DNA of 64,000 nucleotides, taken from an uncultured Hormoscilla sp. (lineage in GTDB: Bacteria; Cyanobacteriota; Cyanobacteriia; Cyanobacteriales; Desertifilaceae). The notes below the pieces were generated by a model. The model was not told the origin of the DNA, did not search any database, and saw only the letters and a program-made list of their open reading frames with translations. A program made the translations under genes and the position numbers. Below, one piece after another: positions 1 through 10,936 of the stretch (positions are counted from its first letter, which is position 1; each line of letters opens with the position of its first letter). Where the stretch lies: contig OZ001293.3 in the NCBI GenBank assembly GCA_963921275.4, forward strand, positions 3,232,001-3,296,000, in the 5' to 3' direction.

Positions 1-1068
1 TCGCCTCTACAGGAGATCGGCAATGTTGCTTATCCTTCTGATGTGCTTTCTATCTATATGACGGCCTTTGAGAAGCATCTGGATGTGAAGGCGATTAAAC
101 GGGTGTACTCAAAGGTGGTGATAGACTATGCCTATGCAGTTAATGGTGCGGTGCTACCACAGTTGTTAACCAAGTTTGACTGTGATGTGGTAGTGCTCAA
201 TGCTAGTTTGAACCAGACGCCGCTGTCAGCTAGCGATCGGGAGGGATTGCTCGATCAGTTGGCTCGTGTAGTGGAGGCACTAAGGGCTACTATGGGAGTG
301 CAGGTATCGGCAAATGGAGAACAGCTGATTTTAGTCGATGAAACTGGCAGTCCAATTCGGGGTGAAAGCTTGACGGCGCTGATGGTGCAGATGATGCTGA
401 CAGCTCACGGTGGCGGCGGAACGATAGTGGTGCCAGTGCAGGCGTCGAGTGCGGTGGAACAAATCGCTCGGCGTCACGATGGCAGGGTAATTCGCACTAA
501 GGCTAACCCAGGGGCGGTGATGGAGGCAAGTCACGCCAATCCCCATGTGATACTGGGAGGAAGTGGGGATATGGGTTTCATTTTCCCCCAGCTGCATCCG
601 GGGTTTGATGCCATGTTCTGTACCGCTAAGTTGATTGCAATGCTGAAGCTTCAGGATCTGAGTCTGGGAAAAATTCGTTCGGAGTTGCCCCGGGTTTACC
701 ATAAGCAGTATACTATTCGCTGCCCCTGGAATATTAAAGGAGCACTGATGCGTTATCTGGTGGAAAAACACCCAGCTTCACAGCTAGAATTAGTAGATGG
801 GGTTAAGATTTTTAACCAGCAATCAGCGTCACGAGGTTATGGTAAAGTAGTGACGCCTTCGATATCCCCTGGAAGCGCTACTCGCACTACCCAGGGGATA
901 TCGACAGATAATTGGGTATTGATTTTGCCAGATGCGGGTGAACCCCTAGTGCATATTTTGGCTAACAGTAATGACAGGAGAGTGGTTGATCGCACGTTAT
1001 GGGAGTACCGCAATCTGGTTAAAGACTTTGTCGAGTCGGAACAGGGGGAAGCTGTAAGTAGTTCCTAG
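1..1068 (+). CDS. Mannose-1-phosphate guanylyltransferase/phosphomannomutase family protein, C-terminal part (5' end outside window)
   Basis: Phosphohexomutase-like motifs VVIDYAYA, ELVDGVKI, WVLILPDAGEPLVHI; carries a palindromic in-frame insert at about 826-904. Confidence 0.8.
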   Translation, partial: SPLQEIGNVAYPSDVLSIYMTAFEKHLDVKAIKRVYSKVVIDYAYAVNGAVLPQLLTKFDCDVVVLNASLNQTPLSASDREGLLDQLARVVEALRATMGVQVSANGEQLILVDETGSPIRGESLTALMVQMMLTAHGGGGTIVVPVQASSAVEQIARRHDGRVIRTKANPGAVMEASHANPHVILGGSGDMGFIFPQLHPGFDAMFCTAKLIAMLKLQDLSLGKIRSELPRVYHKQYTIRCPWNIKGALMRYLVEKHPASQLELVDGVKIFNQQSASRGYGKVVTPSISPGSATRTTQGISTDNWVLILPDAGEPLVHILANSNDRRVVDRTLWEYRNLVKDFVESEQGEAVSSS

Positions 1069-1221
1069 GCTGATAATTCCAAATTGGCAAGAATTGGATC
1101 GGACTATGACAACTATAATCTGACAGGGGTTTGGGGCTAAAAACAGGGAATCTGACAAGGAATTGGTAGATAGTGAGAAAATTTGCTAAAATAAAAGAGT
1201 AGCAGAAAGTGAGAAATTTAT

Positions 1222-1800
1222 ATGAATAGCTGCGTTTTGATGGCCGAGATAATTCAAGAACCGCAACTGCGATACACGCCAGACAACCAAACAGCGATCG
1301 CGGAAATGCTAGTGGAGTTGCCAGGGTTGAGGAGTGAAGATCCCACTGGTAAACTCAAGGTAGTGGGATGGGGAAATTTAGCCTCAGAAATCACAGAACA
1401 TTATCACATAGGCGATCGGGTGGTGCTCCAGGGTCGGTTGAGCATGAACACCAGAGAACGACGAGAGGGGTTTAAAGAAAAACGGGCGGAATTAACAGTT
1501 TCTAAAATTTACAGCCTGGAAGCTGCTGCGGTCGGTGCGGACAGGCCAATAGTGCGGACGGTTTCTACCTCTGTAAAGAGCAATGTTGTTTCGCTCAAGG
1601 GACGTAACTCGCCAGTGGAATATGACAGAACCAACAGCGTAGTGGAGGCTCCGACCATGAATAATAGCGTCTCGACTACAGGATATCAATCTTCTTTATT
1701 GGAGACAGACTCCAAGAGCACGGATGAAACAGATCAGTATGGAGAAAGTTACAAGGCGCCAACCATTGATGAATCAGAAGAGGATGAAATTCCTTTTTAA
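1222..1800 (+). CDS. ssb: Single-stranded DNA-binding protein
   Basis: OB-fold start MNSCVLMAEIIQEPQLRYT; acidic tail ending EEDEIPF. Confidence 0.88.
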   Translation: MNSCVLMAEIIQEPQLRYTPDNQTAIAEMLVELPGLRSEDPTGKLKVVGWGNLASEITEHYHIGDRVVLQGRLSMNTRERREGFKEKRAELTVSKIYSLEAAAVGADRPIVRTVSTSVKSNVVSLKGRNSPVEYDRTNSVVEAPTMNNSVSTTGYQSSLLETDSKSTDETDQYGESYKAPTIDESEEDEIPF

Positions 1801-2059
1801 GACGATATTCATGGTTCATGGTAGAGAACATGAACCATGAATAATAGCCCTAGAGATAATCGTGCAAAAAATCAAAGGGATCGTCTACAAAACCAGGAGC
1901 GGGCAAGAGCAAAAATAGGTAATGTATAATGTCAGCCTCGATTTCATCTATATCATCAATGTCAAACAGACAGGAGAGAGCTTTAATATCTCGCTCCCTC
2001 ATTAAAGGGTGCATCCCAGTAGTTAGGTAAGTATTATTACTCATAGTGAGTGCTGTAAA

Positions 2060-2135
2060 GACTCCGTTCAAGCAAGCACAACGATGTCGTAACACCTGGG
2101 GGACATTCTCCTCCTTCCACTGTGCTCCAGATAAC
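2060..2135 (-). pseudogene. ISKra4-like transposase C-terminal remnant
   Basis: SGAQWKEENVPQVLRHRCACLNG; same motif as the remnant at 15412-15585. Confidence 0.5.
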
Positions 2136-2240
2136 GATTCCTTCAAGAGTGGTGAGTTGCTCCGGTACGGTAGCCAAAGCTTGCTCATGGAGTCGGGCCG
2201 CTTCCGGGCTTGAGCATGGGCTTCAATTTGGGCTTGGATT

Positions 2241-2576
2241 ATTAAACTAAGCCAGGGAGTCACCCCGACTCGTCTTCAAAACCGGACGTGACACTTTCGC
2301 GTCATCCGGCTCCTCGGTCTCGTCATCTCTGTCATAGACACGGCCTTTGCTGCCATCCCTGGCAGACTTATAGTCATGGCAATGGTCGTGCAGCAACTGT
2401 AGGTTGGTGTACCAGTCCTTGCCCCCCCGAAAGGTAGGCATTATATGGTCCACTTCCCACCGGTCGCCATCCTTGAACATTAATCCACATATTTCGCATT
2501 TGCCCTTTTGTTTCCTGAGCAGGTTGATTACTCTAGTGCTCACGTCCGGGCTTTTCCGCATTCTCATGCTCCAGTA
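2241..2576 (-). mobile_element. Group II intron 3' fragment C (HNH end of RT ORF, DV, DVI)
   Basis: YWS..CEIC..EVDHI..NLQLLHDHCH, then GAGCCGGATGACGCGAAAGTGTCACGTCCGGTT and terminal TTAGTTTAAT. Confidence 0.85.
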
Positions 2577-2921
2577 ATTAAACTAAGCCAGCGGGTCGCC
2601 CCGCCGACTCGTCTTCAAAACCGGACGTGACACTTTCGCGTCATCCGGCTCCTCAGTTTCGCCATCCTTGTCATGGATACGGCCTTTGCTGCCATCTCTG
2701 GCAGACTTAACATCATGGCAATAGTCATGCAACAACTGTAGGTTAGAGTACCAGTCTTTTCCTCCTCGCGAGACTGGTAGAATATGGTCAACCTCCCACT
2801 TGTCACCGTCTTTGAACTTCAGTCCGCAGTGTAAACACTTACCATCCTGCCTTTTGAGCAGATTAATTACCCTTGTGCTCACATCCGGGCTTTTCCTTAG
2901 CCTTTTGCTCCAATAGACTAG
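2577..2921 (-). mobile_element. Group II intron A, 3' part (HNH, DV, DVI); 5' part lies at 12012-14559 on +
   Basis: YWSKRLRKSPD..CLHC..EVDH..LLHDYCH plus DV/DVI ending TTAGTTTAAT; joins DGNL at 14559 through CTAG. Confidence 0.85.
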
Positions 2922-3520
2922 CATCGCACTCGAAGAACTCCCGGGGTATAGCAGGAACCTAAAAGCATCGAGAAATGATACCAGGGAACGAAGTAACCTC
3001 TTGTGTGCAGTTCGGCTCAACGGGGCCGAACCAGTTAGATGTACGTCCGCGTAGCGTGCGCGGAGCGCATAGCGCAAGCCACGAGGGGAAGGATGTCCTA
3101 AGAAGCAAATGCCCGGGGTAATGCCCGTGGATAAGCTGACGTCGGACGGATATGGTAAGAAGCCTTTGGTGAAAGTAGCCCTAATATGTCGCAAAACTTA
3201 GGAGAAATCCAAAAGTATGAATATGGACTAGAGTCTCAGCCGGGTAAAGTTCAGAGCCCCGATAAATCAGGAATGGGGAAATGTTAGTAAAGAGCGGTTA
3301 GACCGGTTTGCTGAACTACCCTCCGCGAACCTTCCGGAGCTGAAATCATTAACGGTCCAATAGGATTGACCATAAGGGGTAAAATTACAGAGGGTAAGGG
3401 GAAACGGGGTGACCTAATTATTGATGATGATATGCCTAAGGACAAGCCCCAGCGGTGAAAGTCGCAAGTCCGGTTTCGCTCTTGGAGGGTTGGGAAGTGA
3501 TTCCCAGCTCGACCCCGACC
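2922..3520 (+). mobile_element. ORF-less group II intron D, 3' part (rest of DI, DII-DVI, degenerate DV)
   Basis: GGGAACGAAGTAAC, AGAAGCAAATGCCCGGGGTAA (DIII), GCGGTGAAAGTCGCAAGTCCGGTT, terminal CTCGACCCCGACC; no ORF. Confidence 0.8.
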
Positions 3521-5162
3521 ACGCCCTCACGGTAACGTTAATTGTAAAGTTGTAAGTAGCAATACACAGGTCATGAGCACGATTTCCGAATCGATGAATG
3601 AATGAAAGGATACCCCCTGGCCTCGGCTGGAGCGGGTAGTCTTTAAGTTGCAAAAGCGAATTTACAGAGCGGCAATGGAAGGCGTAATAAGCGACCAGTT
3701 CGCAGACTCCAAAGGTTACTGGTAAAATCCCGGGCTGCCAAAAGTCTAGCGGTACGACAGGTAACTCAAGACAACCAGGGAAAGAAGACGGCGGGAGTGG
3801 ACAGTGTAAAAGCACTGACCCCAAAGCAACGCTCAGAACTGGTAGGACGGATTGAAATCTCAAACAAGGCCAAACCTACACGTCGTGTATGGATACCAAA
3901 GCCGGGGAGAGAGGAGAAGCGTCCTTTAGGAATACCAACGATGTACGACCGTGCGACACAGGGACTCCTCAAGATTGCGCTCGAACCCGAATGGGAAGCG
4001 TACATGGAAGGGAACTCCTATGGATTCAGACCGGGTCGGGGATGCCACGATGCAATCAAGGCAATATTTAACAGCATCAGATATAAACCCAAGTGGGTAT
4101 TGGATGCCGATATTGCAAAATGTTTCGATAAGATTGACCACAAAGCGCTAATAAAAAAATTAAATACAACGTCACCAATCCGTAAGCAGATACGGGCATG
4201 GTTAAAAGCCGGGGTGATAGACAAAGGAGAATGGCATGCAACCGAAGCGGGAACACCCCAAGGGGGAGTCATATCACCACTACTAGCCAACATAGCCCTA
4301 CATGGACTAGAGGAGGCAGTAAAGGAACTCGCCAGGACACAAAAAGAAAAGCAAAAGCTGACAGTAGTCAGGTATGCTGATGACTTTGTGGTAATGCATG
4401 AAGATAGGGGAATGATAGACAGAGCGCAGATAGTGGTGGCAGAATGGCTAAAGGGAATAGGGCTAGAATTGAAAGCCGAGAAGACAAAAATAGCTCATAC
4501 GCTAAAAGGAGAAAGCCCGGGGTTTGACTTCCTGGGTTTCAAAGTAAGGCAATATGAGATAGGTAAATACAGAACCGGCAAGTCAACCAACGGAACACCC
4601 CTAGGATTCAAAACCCTAATCAAACCCAGTAATAAGTCCATAGGGAAGCATAAAGAACGGCTATCAGAAATGGTGGCCAGCCATAAAGCAGCACCACAAG
4701 CAGCCTTAATAAGTAAGCTAAACCCGATAATACGGGAATGGTCAAACTATTATAGGACAGTGGTAAGTAAAGAAACATACAGCTACATGGACCACTACCT
4801 ATGGACCATTCTCTGGCAGTGGGCAAAAAGGAGACATCCCAATAAATCCAGTCATTGGATAGCTCGTAAGTACTGGTCCCTGAGTGAGGACGGTAAATGG
4901 CGATTCCGGTGCCAAATAGGAGAGGAAGAAATAACGCTGTACAGACACTCCGAAACTGAGATAATCAGGCACATAAAAGTGAAAGGTACAGCAAGCCCAT
5001 ATGACGGGAACCTTACATATTGGAGTACGAGATTAGGCAAAAGCCCCGAGCTAAATAAGAGGGTAGCAACGCTACTCAAGAGACAAAAGGGAAAGTGCCA
5101 ACAATGCGGATTAACGTTTATGGATGGTGACAAGTGGGAAGTTGACCATATCAAGCCCCTCT

Positions 5163-6308
5163 CATTACTGGTCGGGGTCGAGTTGTCCCTCGCGGGACAA
5201 TCCTCCCATTCGGAACCTGAAGAGCGACTTTCACCGCACACGGCTACTGGTTGGTAAACCCTTGTCACGGGTAGGATTACTAGGGATTACTCCCGTTGTC
5301 CCTTGCCCTATGAAATATAGCCCCTTTATGGTCAGTCATGAACTAGTTGAGTACCTAACTCCGGAAGGTTTACGGGGGAGAACTAGAAAACCACTATGAC
5401 CGTTCTTTACTAACAGGTGCCCGTATGGGGCCTCTAAATTTTTTACCCGGTTAGGATTTCAGTCCATCATTACTACCTAGTGTTGCCACTGGTTAAGCAC
5501 GTTTAGAGGGCTACTATCTCCTAGAGCTTTTTACCATATCCGTCCTACGTCTGCATATCCACAGGCATTACCCCGGGCATTAGCTTCTTAGGACCTCCCT
5601 CCCCACGCGGGCATGCGCTAGGCGCTGCGCGCACGCTACGCGGACGCACATCTGACTTGTCCATCTGGACAGCACCGCTCTTGTCCGGAACGTTCCCTGG
5701 TATCATTTCACGAGGCTTTTAGGTCTCCCCTATACACCGGCAGTCATTTCGGGTACGATATCAGTGACGTGCAACCACTGATACGCGGACTGCGTGCGCA
5801 TTTTGCACCAAGCGTGTCAGCCTCTTTTCGCTTGTTTAAGATGACGATGCTTACAGGGATTCGCTTGCTCTAACCATGAGCCTCTTTCCGATCGCGCAGC
5901 GTGGCGCAGCCATGCGGCGTCGGTCTCTGGGCTGAGACCTTATCCTACATTTGTCCTCGGGAGGCACCACGGTAATGTTACTCCGCAGCACCTCACGCGG
6001 TCACCCCCGTACCTGGGGGAAGGGGAATTGAACCCCCATGATGACCAGAGTTGCTGGTATTAACCAGCCCGGCGATCGCCATATTTCAGACTTACGCCAA
6101 AACGATTCGCACCACATATTTCTTAACATTTCTCTCTGTGGCCACTATGGGGGGTGAAACCCTGATTACTTCGTAAGTCATTCTCAATAAATTCAATAAT
6201 TTATCAAGAAAGAGGTCGGGATTTTTGTCAACCCCCGTTGAGGATGCTAAGTCTCAGAATCTTTGTACCATAAGGGTTTTAAGATTGTAAAGAATTATGC
6301 GAGTAATG
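5163..6308. mobile_element. ~200-bp MITE-like element in the RT HNH region, itself interrupted by intron E
   Basis: After removing intron E the left end CATTACTCACATATTTCTTAACA matches the reverse complement of 6286-6308 at 20/23. Confidence 0.6.
5170..6112 (-). mobile_element. ORF-less group II intron E (943 nt)
   Basis: 5' GTGCGAATCGTT; DV GTAGCCGTGTGCGGTGAAAGTCGC; 3' CTCGACCCCGACC; no ORF. Confidence 0.85.
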
Positions 6309-6658
6309 GTAAGCTCATTAGGGGGTAAAAACCAGTACGACAACCTACAGTTACTACACAAACATTGCCACGATATAAAGACTGCCAGCGATGGTAGTCA
6401 CAGCCGTACCCATGACAAGGGTGGCGTTACTGAGGAGCCGGATGATGCGAAAGTATCAAGTCCGGTTTTGGAGACGAGTCGGAGGGGTGACCCTCTGGCT
6501 TAGTTTAATAGTGCTTGGTGATGAAGGCGAACCGAAAAGCTCATATCCGTATAAATATTTATATTTTATGTTTGACAAATTGTCAGATAGATTACGTATT
6601 ACAAAATGTCGTGCAATGGCAATCGTACCGAGTAATTACATATTACTTAGCATATTAC

Positions 6659-6735
6659 GGTGGTGGGTCACAGGTAGTGATTTGACTACGGTCCAGGATT
6701 TCAGGTGCTAAAATCACTACTTGTGACCCACCACC
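6659..6735. repeat. Palindromic MITE-like element (GGTRGTGG(G)TCA..GTAGTGATTT ends); relatives at 23085-23217 and about 26531-26563
   Basis: 25-bp near-perfect inverted arms; overlaps the stop of the metal-binding protein gene. Confidence 0.7.
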
Positions 6736-7697
6736 CCCCTATCATCTTTCTGGGCTAGCTCAAAAGGCTGGTACTTCCCGCCTAGGGCTTCCACGATCGC
6801 CCGCGTATTCGCCACCATCATGTTAACATAGGAATCCCCCTCACTCCCAGGTGCCCCGATCGAATCAGAATAAAGTTCCTGTGGTGACAATTTTACCCCA
6901 GCTTCTGCTGCCACAGTCTTAATCAACTGAGGATTAATCGTTGTTTCGGCAAAAATAGCGGGAACACCCGTATCTTTCACCGCTTGCACCAGCTGCTGCA
7001 GGGTTTTAGCACTGGGTTGTTCTTCCGTGCTGATCCCAATTAGGGTACCAGAAACTTCTAGCCCATAAGCATTAGCATAATATTGAAAAGCATCATGGGT
7101 AGTAATCAATTTGCGCTTACTTGCTGGAATGGTTTGAATTTGCTGAGTAATCCAAGTATCCAACTTTTCTAATTCCCCTGTTAGCCGTGCCGCATTTTGG
7201 GTAAATTCCTCTCGGTCCTCTGGGGAAAGTTCTATTAATGCATCCCGCATGGCATTTACTATCAGGATGACATTTTTCACATTTCCCCAAACATGAGGAT
7301 CTGGTACAGTTTCCCCATACTGTTCTAGCTGTAATGGCTGCACTACTTCCCCAACTGCTACCCGCGCCTTCTCCCCCATTGCGTTCATCATCTTAATTAA
7401 CCCAGGCTCTAAATTATAGCCGTTATAGAAAATTAAATCAGCTTCCTCCAAGGCTTTACTATCTTGCGGTACGGGTTCGTAAATATGGGGGTCCGCGCCC
7501 GGTTCCAGAATACCCGCCAGCTGAATTTCCTCTCCTGCCAGTTGGGCGGCCAAATCATCAAGGATGGTGCTAGTTGTCACAACTAATGGTCGATCGCCCC
7601 CAGATAAGGTCTGATTCCCACTCCGTTGGGTGCATGCGAATAAGGCAAAAGGTATCAAGAATCCCAGGCAGATCCGAGACACATAAGCCTTTTTCAT
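6717..7697 (-). CDS. mntC: Mn/Zn ABC transporter substrate-binding lipoprotein
   Basis: Lipobox LFAC, GADPHIYEP, PDPHVW, TTHDAFQY, LYSDSIG; start placed at MKKAYV. Confidence 0.85.
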   Translation of the reverse strand: MKKAYVSRICLGFLIPFALFACTQRSGNQTLSGGDRPLVVTTSTILDDLAAQLAGEEIQLAGILEPGADPHIYEPVPQDSKALEEADLIFYNGYNLEPGLIKMMNAMGEKARVAVGEVVQPLQLEQYGETVPDPHVWGNVKNVILIVNAMRDALIELSPEDREEFTQNAARLTGELEKLDTWITQQIQTIPASKRKLITTHDAFQYYANAYGLEVSGTLIGISTEEQPSAKTLQQLVQAVKDTGVPAIFAETTINPQLIKTVAAEAGVKLSPQELYSDSIGAPGSEGDSYVNMMVANTRAIVEALGGKYQPFELAQKDDRGVVGHK

Positions 7698-7832
7698 CCC
7701 TCGTTCCCTGGTGACCCCTGGGAACGTAAGGCCCGGTGCTAAGCCCGCGCTGGCAGGCTTTGTTTGTAGTCGCACCCGTTCTCTGGTTCCCGCCTGGGAA
7801 CGGGTGCGGGTTATACCCCGCTGAGTAACCAG

Positions 7833-7885
7833 TGATATCATATACATTCATATTGATTTCATTTTGATATCATCATCTTTTCATT
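7833..7885. promoter_or_regulatory. Five phased ATGA direct repeats (10-11 bp period) in the divergent mnt promoter; candidate ManR (OmpR-family) operator array
   Basis: TCAT at 7838, 7848, 7859, 7870, 7881. Confidence 0.5.
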
Positions 7886-7924
7886 TTTTGGGTAAGATAG
7901 TCAAGGTGAGTAGAGAAATAAATC

Positions 7925-8722
7925 ATGAAGACCCGGAAATTATTTACCGAGCGCTCGCCATCGGGGAGTTGGGCAGGATCTCGGGCGGCGCCAGGGATTA
8001 CCATTAGCGATCTGGGGGTGAATTATCGCCAGTTGCAGGCACTACAGGATATCAACTGTGTAGTACGAGGGGGACGGCTAACGGGAATCATCGGTCCGAA
8101 TGGGGCAGGGAAAAGTACCCTACTCAAGGGGATGCTGGGCTTAGTTCCCAGCGCCACTGGCACGGTACTGTATAATGGTAAACTGCTGATAGCGCAACTG
8201 GAAAAAGTGGCCTACGTGCCCCAGCGATCGCAAATCGACTGGACTTACCCTGCTACGGTCTGGGATGTGGTGATGATGGGTAGAGTGAAGAAAACTGGTT
8301 GGTTGCGTCCCTTTTCTGCCACGAGTCGGCATATTGCTGCTGATGCCTTAGAACGCTTAGGGATGGGTGCCTATCGCCACCGCCCGATCAGGCAACTATC
8401 GGGAGGACAGCAGCAGCGGGTATTTATTGCTCGGGCGATCGCGCAAGAAGCAGAAATTTTCTTTTTTGACGAACCCTTTGTGGGCGTGGATCAAAAAACC
8501 GAAGCAGTAATTTTCGATATTTTTCATGAACTTGCCGCTGCTGGTAAAATAGTACTAGTCGTCAACCACGATTTGGGACAATTGATCGCTCACTTCGATG
8601 ATTTGATTTTACTGAATAAAGAATTAATTGCCTCTGGTTCCCGCCAGCAGGTACTCACAGAAGAATACCTGTACGGTGCCTATGACGGTAAAGTATTTTT
8701 CTTTGCACAAGAGGCAGCTTAA
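7925..8722 (+). CDS. mntA: Mn/Zn ABC transporter ATP-binding protein
   Basis: GPNGAGKST, YVPQ, LSGGQQQR, FFDEPF. Confidence 0.87.
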   Translation: MKTRKLFTERSPSGSWAGSRAAPGITISDLGVNYRQLQALQDINCVVRGGRLTGIIGPNGAGKSTLLKGMLGLVPSATGTVLYNGKLLIAQLEKVAYVPQRSQIDWTYPATVWDVVMMGRVKKTGWLRPFSATSRHIAADALERLGMGAYRHRPIRQLSGGQQQRVFIARAIAQEAEIFFFDEPFVGVDQKTEAVIFDIFHELAAAGKIVLVVNHDLGQLIAHFDDLILLNKELIASGSRQQVLTEEYLYGAYDGKVFFFAQEAA

Positions 8723-9570
8723 TGTTAGAAAGTTTAATCGAACCGTTGCAATATAGTTTCATGCAGCGATCGCTTACGATCGCCATTTTAGTCGGCCTCA
8801 TCTGTTCTGTAGTCGGCAGTTATCTGATGGTGCAGCGACTGGCCCTGTTGGGTGACGCTATCAGTCACTCCGTACTGCCCGGACTGGCGATATCCTTTCT
8901 GTTAGGAGCCAATATTTTTGTCGGTGCCTTCATTTCCGGGGTACTCAGTACCATGGTAATTGCCTGGATATCGAAGAGATCGCCCATCAAAGAGGACGCC
9001 GCCATGGGCATAGTCTTCTCCGCCTTTTTTGCCCTAGGCATTACTCTGATCACCATCATCCAGAAAGACAACAAGATCGACCTCAACCACTTTCTGTTCG
9101 GCAACATCCTCGGCGTCACCACTACCGACTTGCGGGATACTGCCATCATTGGGGCCTTTGTCTTATTAGTAGTGCTGCTGCTATACAAAGAATTGCTCTT
9201 TTATACCTTTGACCCTCTGGGGGCCCAAGCAGCTGGGTTACCCGTACACCTGCTCAACTTTGGATTAATGGTACTCATCGCCCTCACCATTGTTGCCAGT
9301 CTCAAAGCTGTAGGCGTCGTGTTAGTGCTAGCATTGCTGATTACCCCAGGCGCAACAGCTTATTTGTTGGTCAAGCGACTGCACCAAATGATGATTTTAG
9401 GGGCAGTCATTGGGGTTGTTGCCAGTGTCAGCGGCATGTACCTCAGCTACTTTTTAAACTTGCCTTCCGGTCCAGCTATAGTTTTAGTAGTATCAGGATT
9501 TTTTGTGCTAGCATTGCTGTTCAGTCCCACTCAAGGCATTTTCACTCATTCCCAGTCTGGAAACGGGTAG
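8722..9570 (+). CDS. mntB: Mn/Zn ABC transporter permease
   Basis: GDAISHSVLPG, LFGNIL, multiple hydrophobic segments. Confidence 0.87.
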   Translation: MLESLIEPLQYSFMQRSLTIAILVGLICSVVGSYLMVQRLALLGDAISHSVLPGLAISFLLGANIFVGAFISGVLSTMVIAWISKRSPIKEDAAMGIVFSAFFALGITLITIIQKDNKIDLNHFLFGNILGVTTTDLRDTAIIGAFVLLVVLLLYKELLFYTFDPLGAQAAGLPVHLLNFGLMVLIALTIVASLKAVGVVLVLALLITPGATAYLLVKRLHQMMILGAVIGVVASVSGMYLSYFLNLPSGPAIVLVVSGFFVLALLFSPTQGIFTHSQSGNG

Positions 9571-9758
9571 TAGCCACAAATGCGGAAGCATTTCCATCAG
9601 GCGAGGAAGCCAGGCAAGTACAACTCACTATTGAAAACAGACAAAAAATCAGGTCCATTCCTGAGAGGCCAGATGTAAAGGGGTGTGGTTAAAAGTAGTT
9701 GATATCCTGGCCAAAAGGATTGCGCTGCGCGCACACGGCTACGCCTACGCGAACGACC

Positions 9759-9927
9759 CTGGCAGATTACAGCGTAGCGCACGTAATACTTATTTGCCTT
9801 TTCTATGTAATCATTTGTAGTACAAAACCAGGCAGGAGCCGATCTGGCAGATTACAGCGTAGTGCACGTAATACTAACTTTGCGTGTTATATGTAATCAC
9901 TCGTAGCATAAAACTGGGCGGGAGCCC
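9759..9927 (+). repeat. Two imperfect ~85-bp tandem units, each with GATTACA..TGTAATC arms
   Basis: CTGGCAGATTACAGCGTAGYGCACGTAATACT occurs at 9759 and 9844. Confidence 0.7.
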
Positions 9928-10138
9928 AACCGGTTAAATAGTCAAGATATGATCTTTTCTCTACCAACTGGTTTTGGCCACACCCAATGTAAAGACGAAG
10001 CATAAGGGCAACCATTTTTCATATCTGCGATCTCCCTCATGCTTCGACCTTACCAGGTAACAACGCTGCTTTTAAGACCGGTTCTCAGATCTCAGTCCGG
10101 GCCCAACCCTTGCAGACCAGACTCCGATCGAGATCTAC

Positions 10139-10777
10139 TCAAACTTTTGACTTTTGTGGAGCTGACTTAGCACTACCACTGTGGGCAGTTTTACCATTTT
10201 GGATATTCCCATCCCGGGGCATCAGTAGACCATATCCGCCGTGGTTGCGTTCGTACATCACATTGATCTCCCCCGTTTCGGCATTGCGGAACATCAAGAA
10301 ATCGTGGCCCACTAGCTGCAACTGTTCTAAGGCTTCTTCTACCGTCATCGGCGGCATGGGAAAATACTTCGTCCGCACCACTTCCCTGGGCAGAGATGGG
10401 GTGCGTGAGCCCATCAAATCTGACGCCACCGGGGTCTCTTCCACAGCCTCTACGGTTTTGACTGTCTTCTTCTGTTTGTCTTCGCGTTTTTCCTTGTATT
10501 TACGGAGACGGCGGGCCATCTTATCTGCGACTACATCAATGCTAGCGTATAGATCCTCGCTGCTTTCTTCCGAACGAATAACTGTACCGTTTGCATAAAT
10601 CGTCACTTCCGCTGTCTGATTGGCATTTATCCGGGAATTGTGGGCTACCGACAGATTTACATCCACTTCTGTGGTTAAACTCTCAAAATGGATCACTGCC
10701 TTTTCAATTTTTTGCTGTACGTACTCGCGAATTGCCTTGGTGATTTCTATGTTTTTTCCCTGGATAACAAGCTTCAT
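10139..10777 (-). CDS. hpf: Ribosome hibernation promoting factor (LrtA, long HPF)
   Basis: [36 protein letters not shown]. Confidence 0.95.
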   Translation of the reverse strand: MKLVIQGKNIEITKAIREYVQQKIEKAVIHFESLTTEVDVNLSVAHNSRINANQTAEVTIYANGTVIRSEESSEDLYASIDVVADKMARRLRKYKEKREDKQKKTVKTVEAVEETPVASDLMGSRTPSLPREVVRTKYFPMPPMTVEEALEQLQLVGHDFLMFRNAETGEINVMYERNHGGYGLLMPRDGNIQNGKTAHSGSAKSAPQKSKV

Positions 10778-10936
10778 AAAGCTTCCTCCCCTCGAAGTTT
10801 GGGTTATGTTTCTACCTTAGCACGATGTATTCTACAAAACAATCATTGTTAAAATATATTTCATTCCTTGACAATGATTAATCTTTGTACTAGCAATTTG
10901 GCTTTTAATAAAGATAAAATTTCCTCTTATTTTGGC

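Larger units (their letters stand above)
3573..6503 (+). pseudogene. ltrA: Group II intron RT/maturase/HNH, disrupted (early TGA near 3603; HNH interrupted 5163-6313)
   Basis: RPLGIPT, SYGFRPGR, GTPQGGVISPLLANIAL, RYADD, GFDFLGF, CQQC..EVDH; resumes SLGGKNQYDNLQLLHKHCH. Confidence 0.9.
3521..6509 (+). mobile_element. RT-encoding group II intron B, DIV to 3' end; 5' part at 14617-15169 on -
   Basis: Starts ACGCCCTCAC like DIV of intron A; RT ORF; DV/DVI at about 6434-6509 ending TTAGTTTAAT. Confidence 0.88.

Noticed and set aside
2583..3194. 203-aa HNH protein
   Set aside because: Chimeric ORF across the inversion breakpoint: antisense intron RNA fused to an RT C-terminus.
3797..5257. DGR or retron reverse transcriptase
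   Set aside because: YADD, maturase X, HNH and flanking DV/DVI identify a group II intron RT; no TR/VR pair or msr/msd was seen.
7698..7847. N-terminal extension of MntC
   Set aside because: Runs through REP-like palindromes; the signal peptide starts at MKKAYV.
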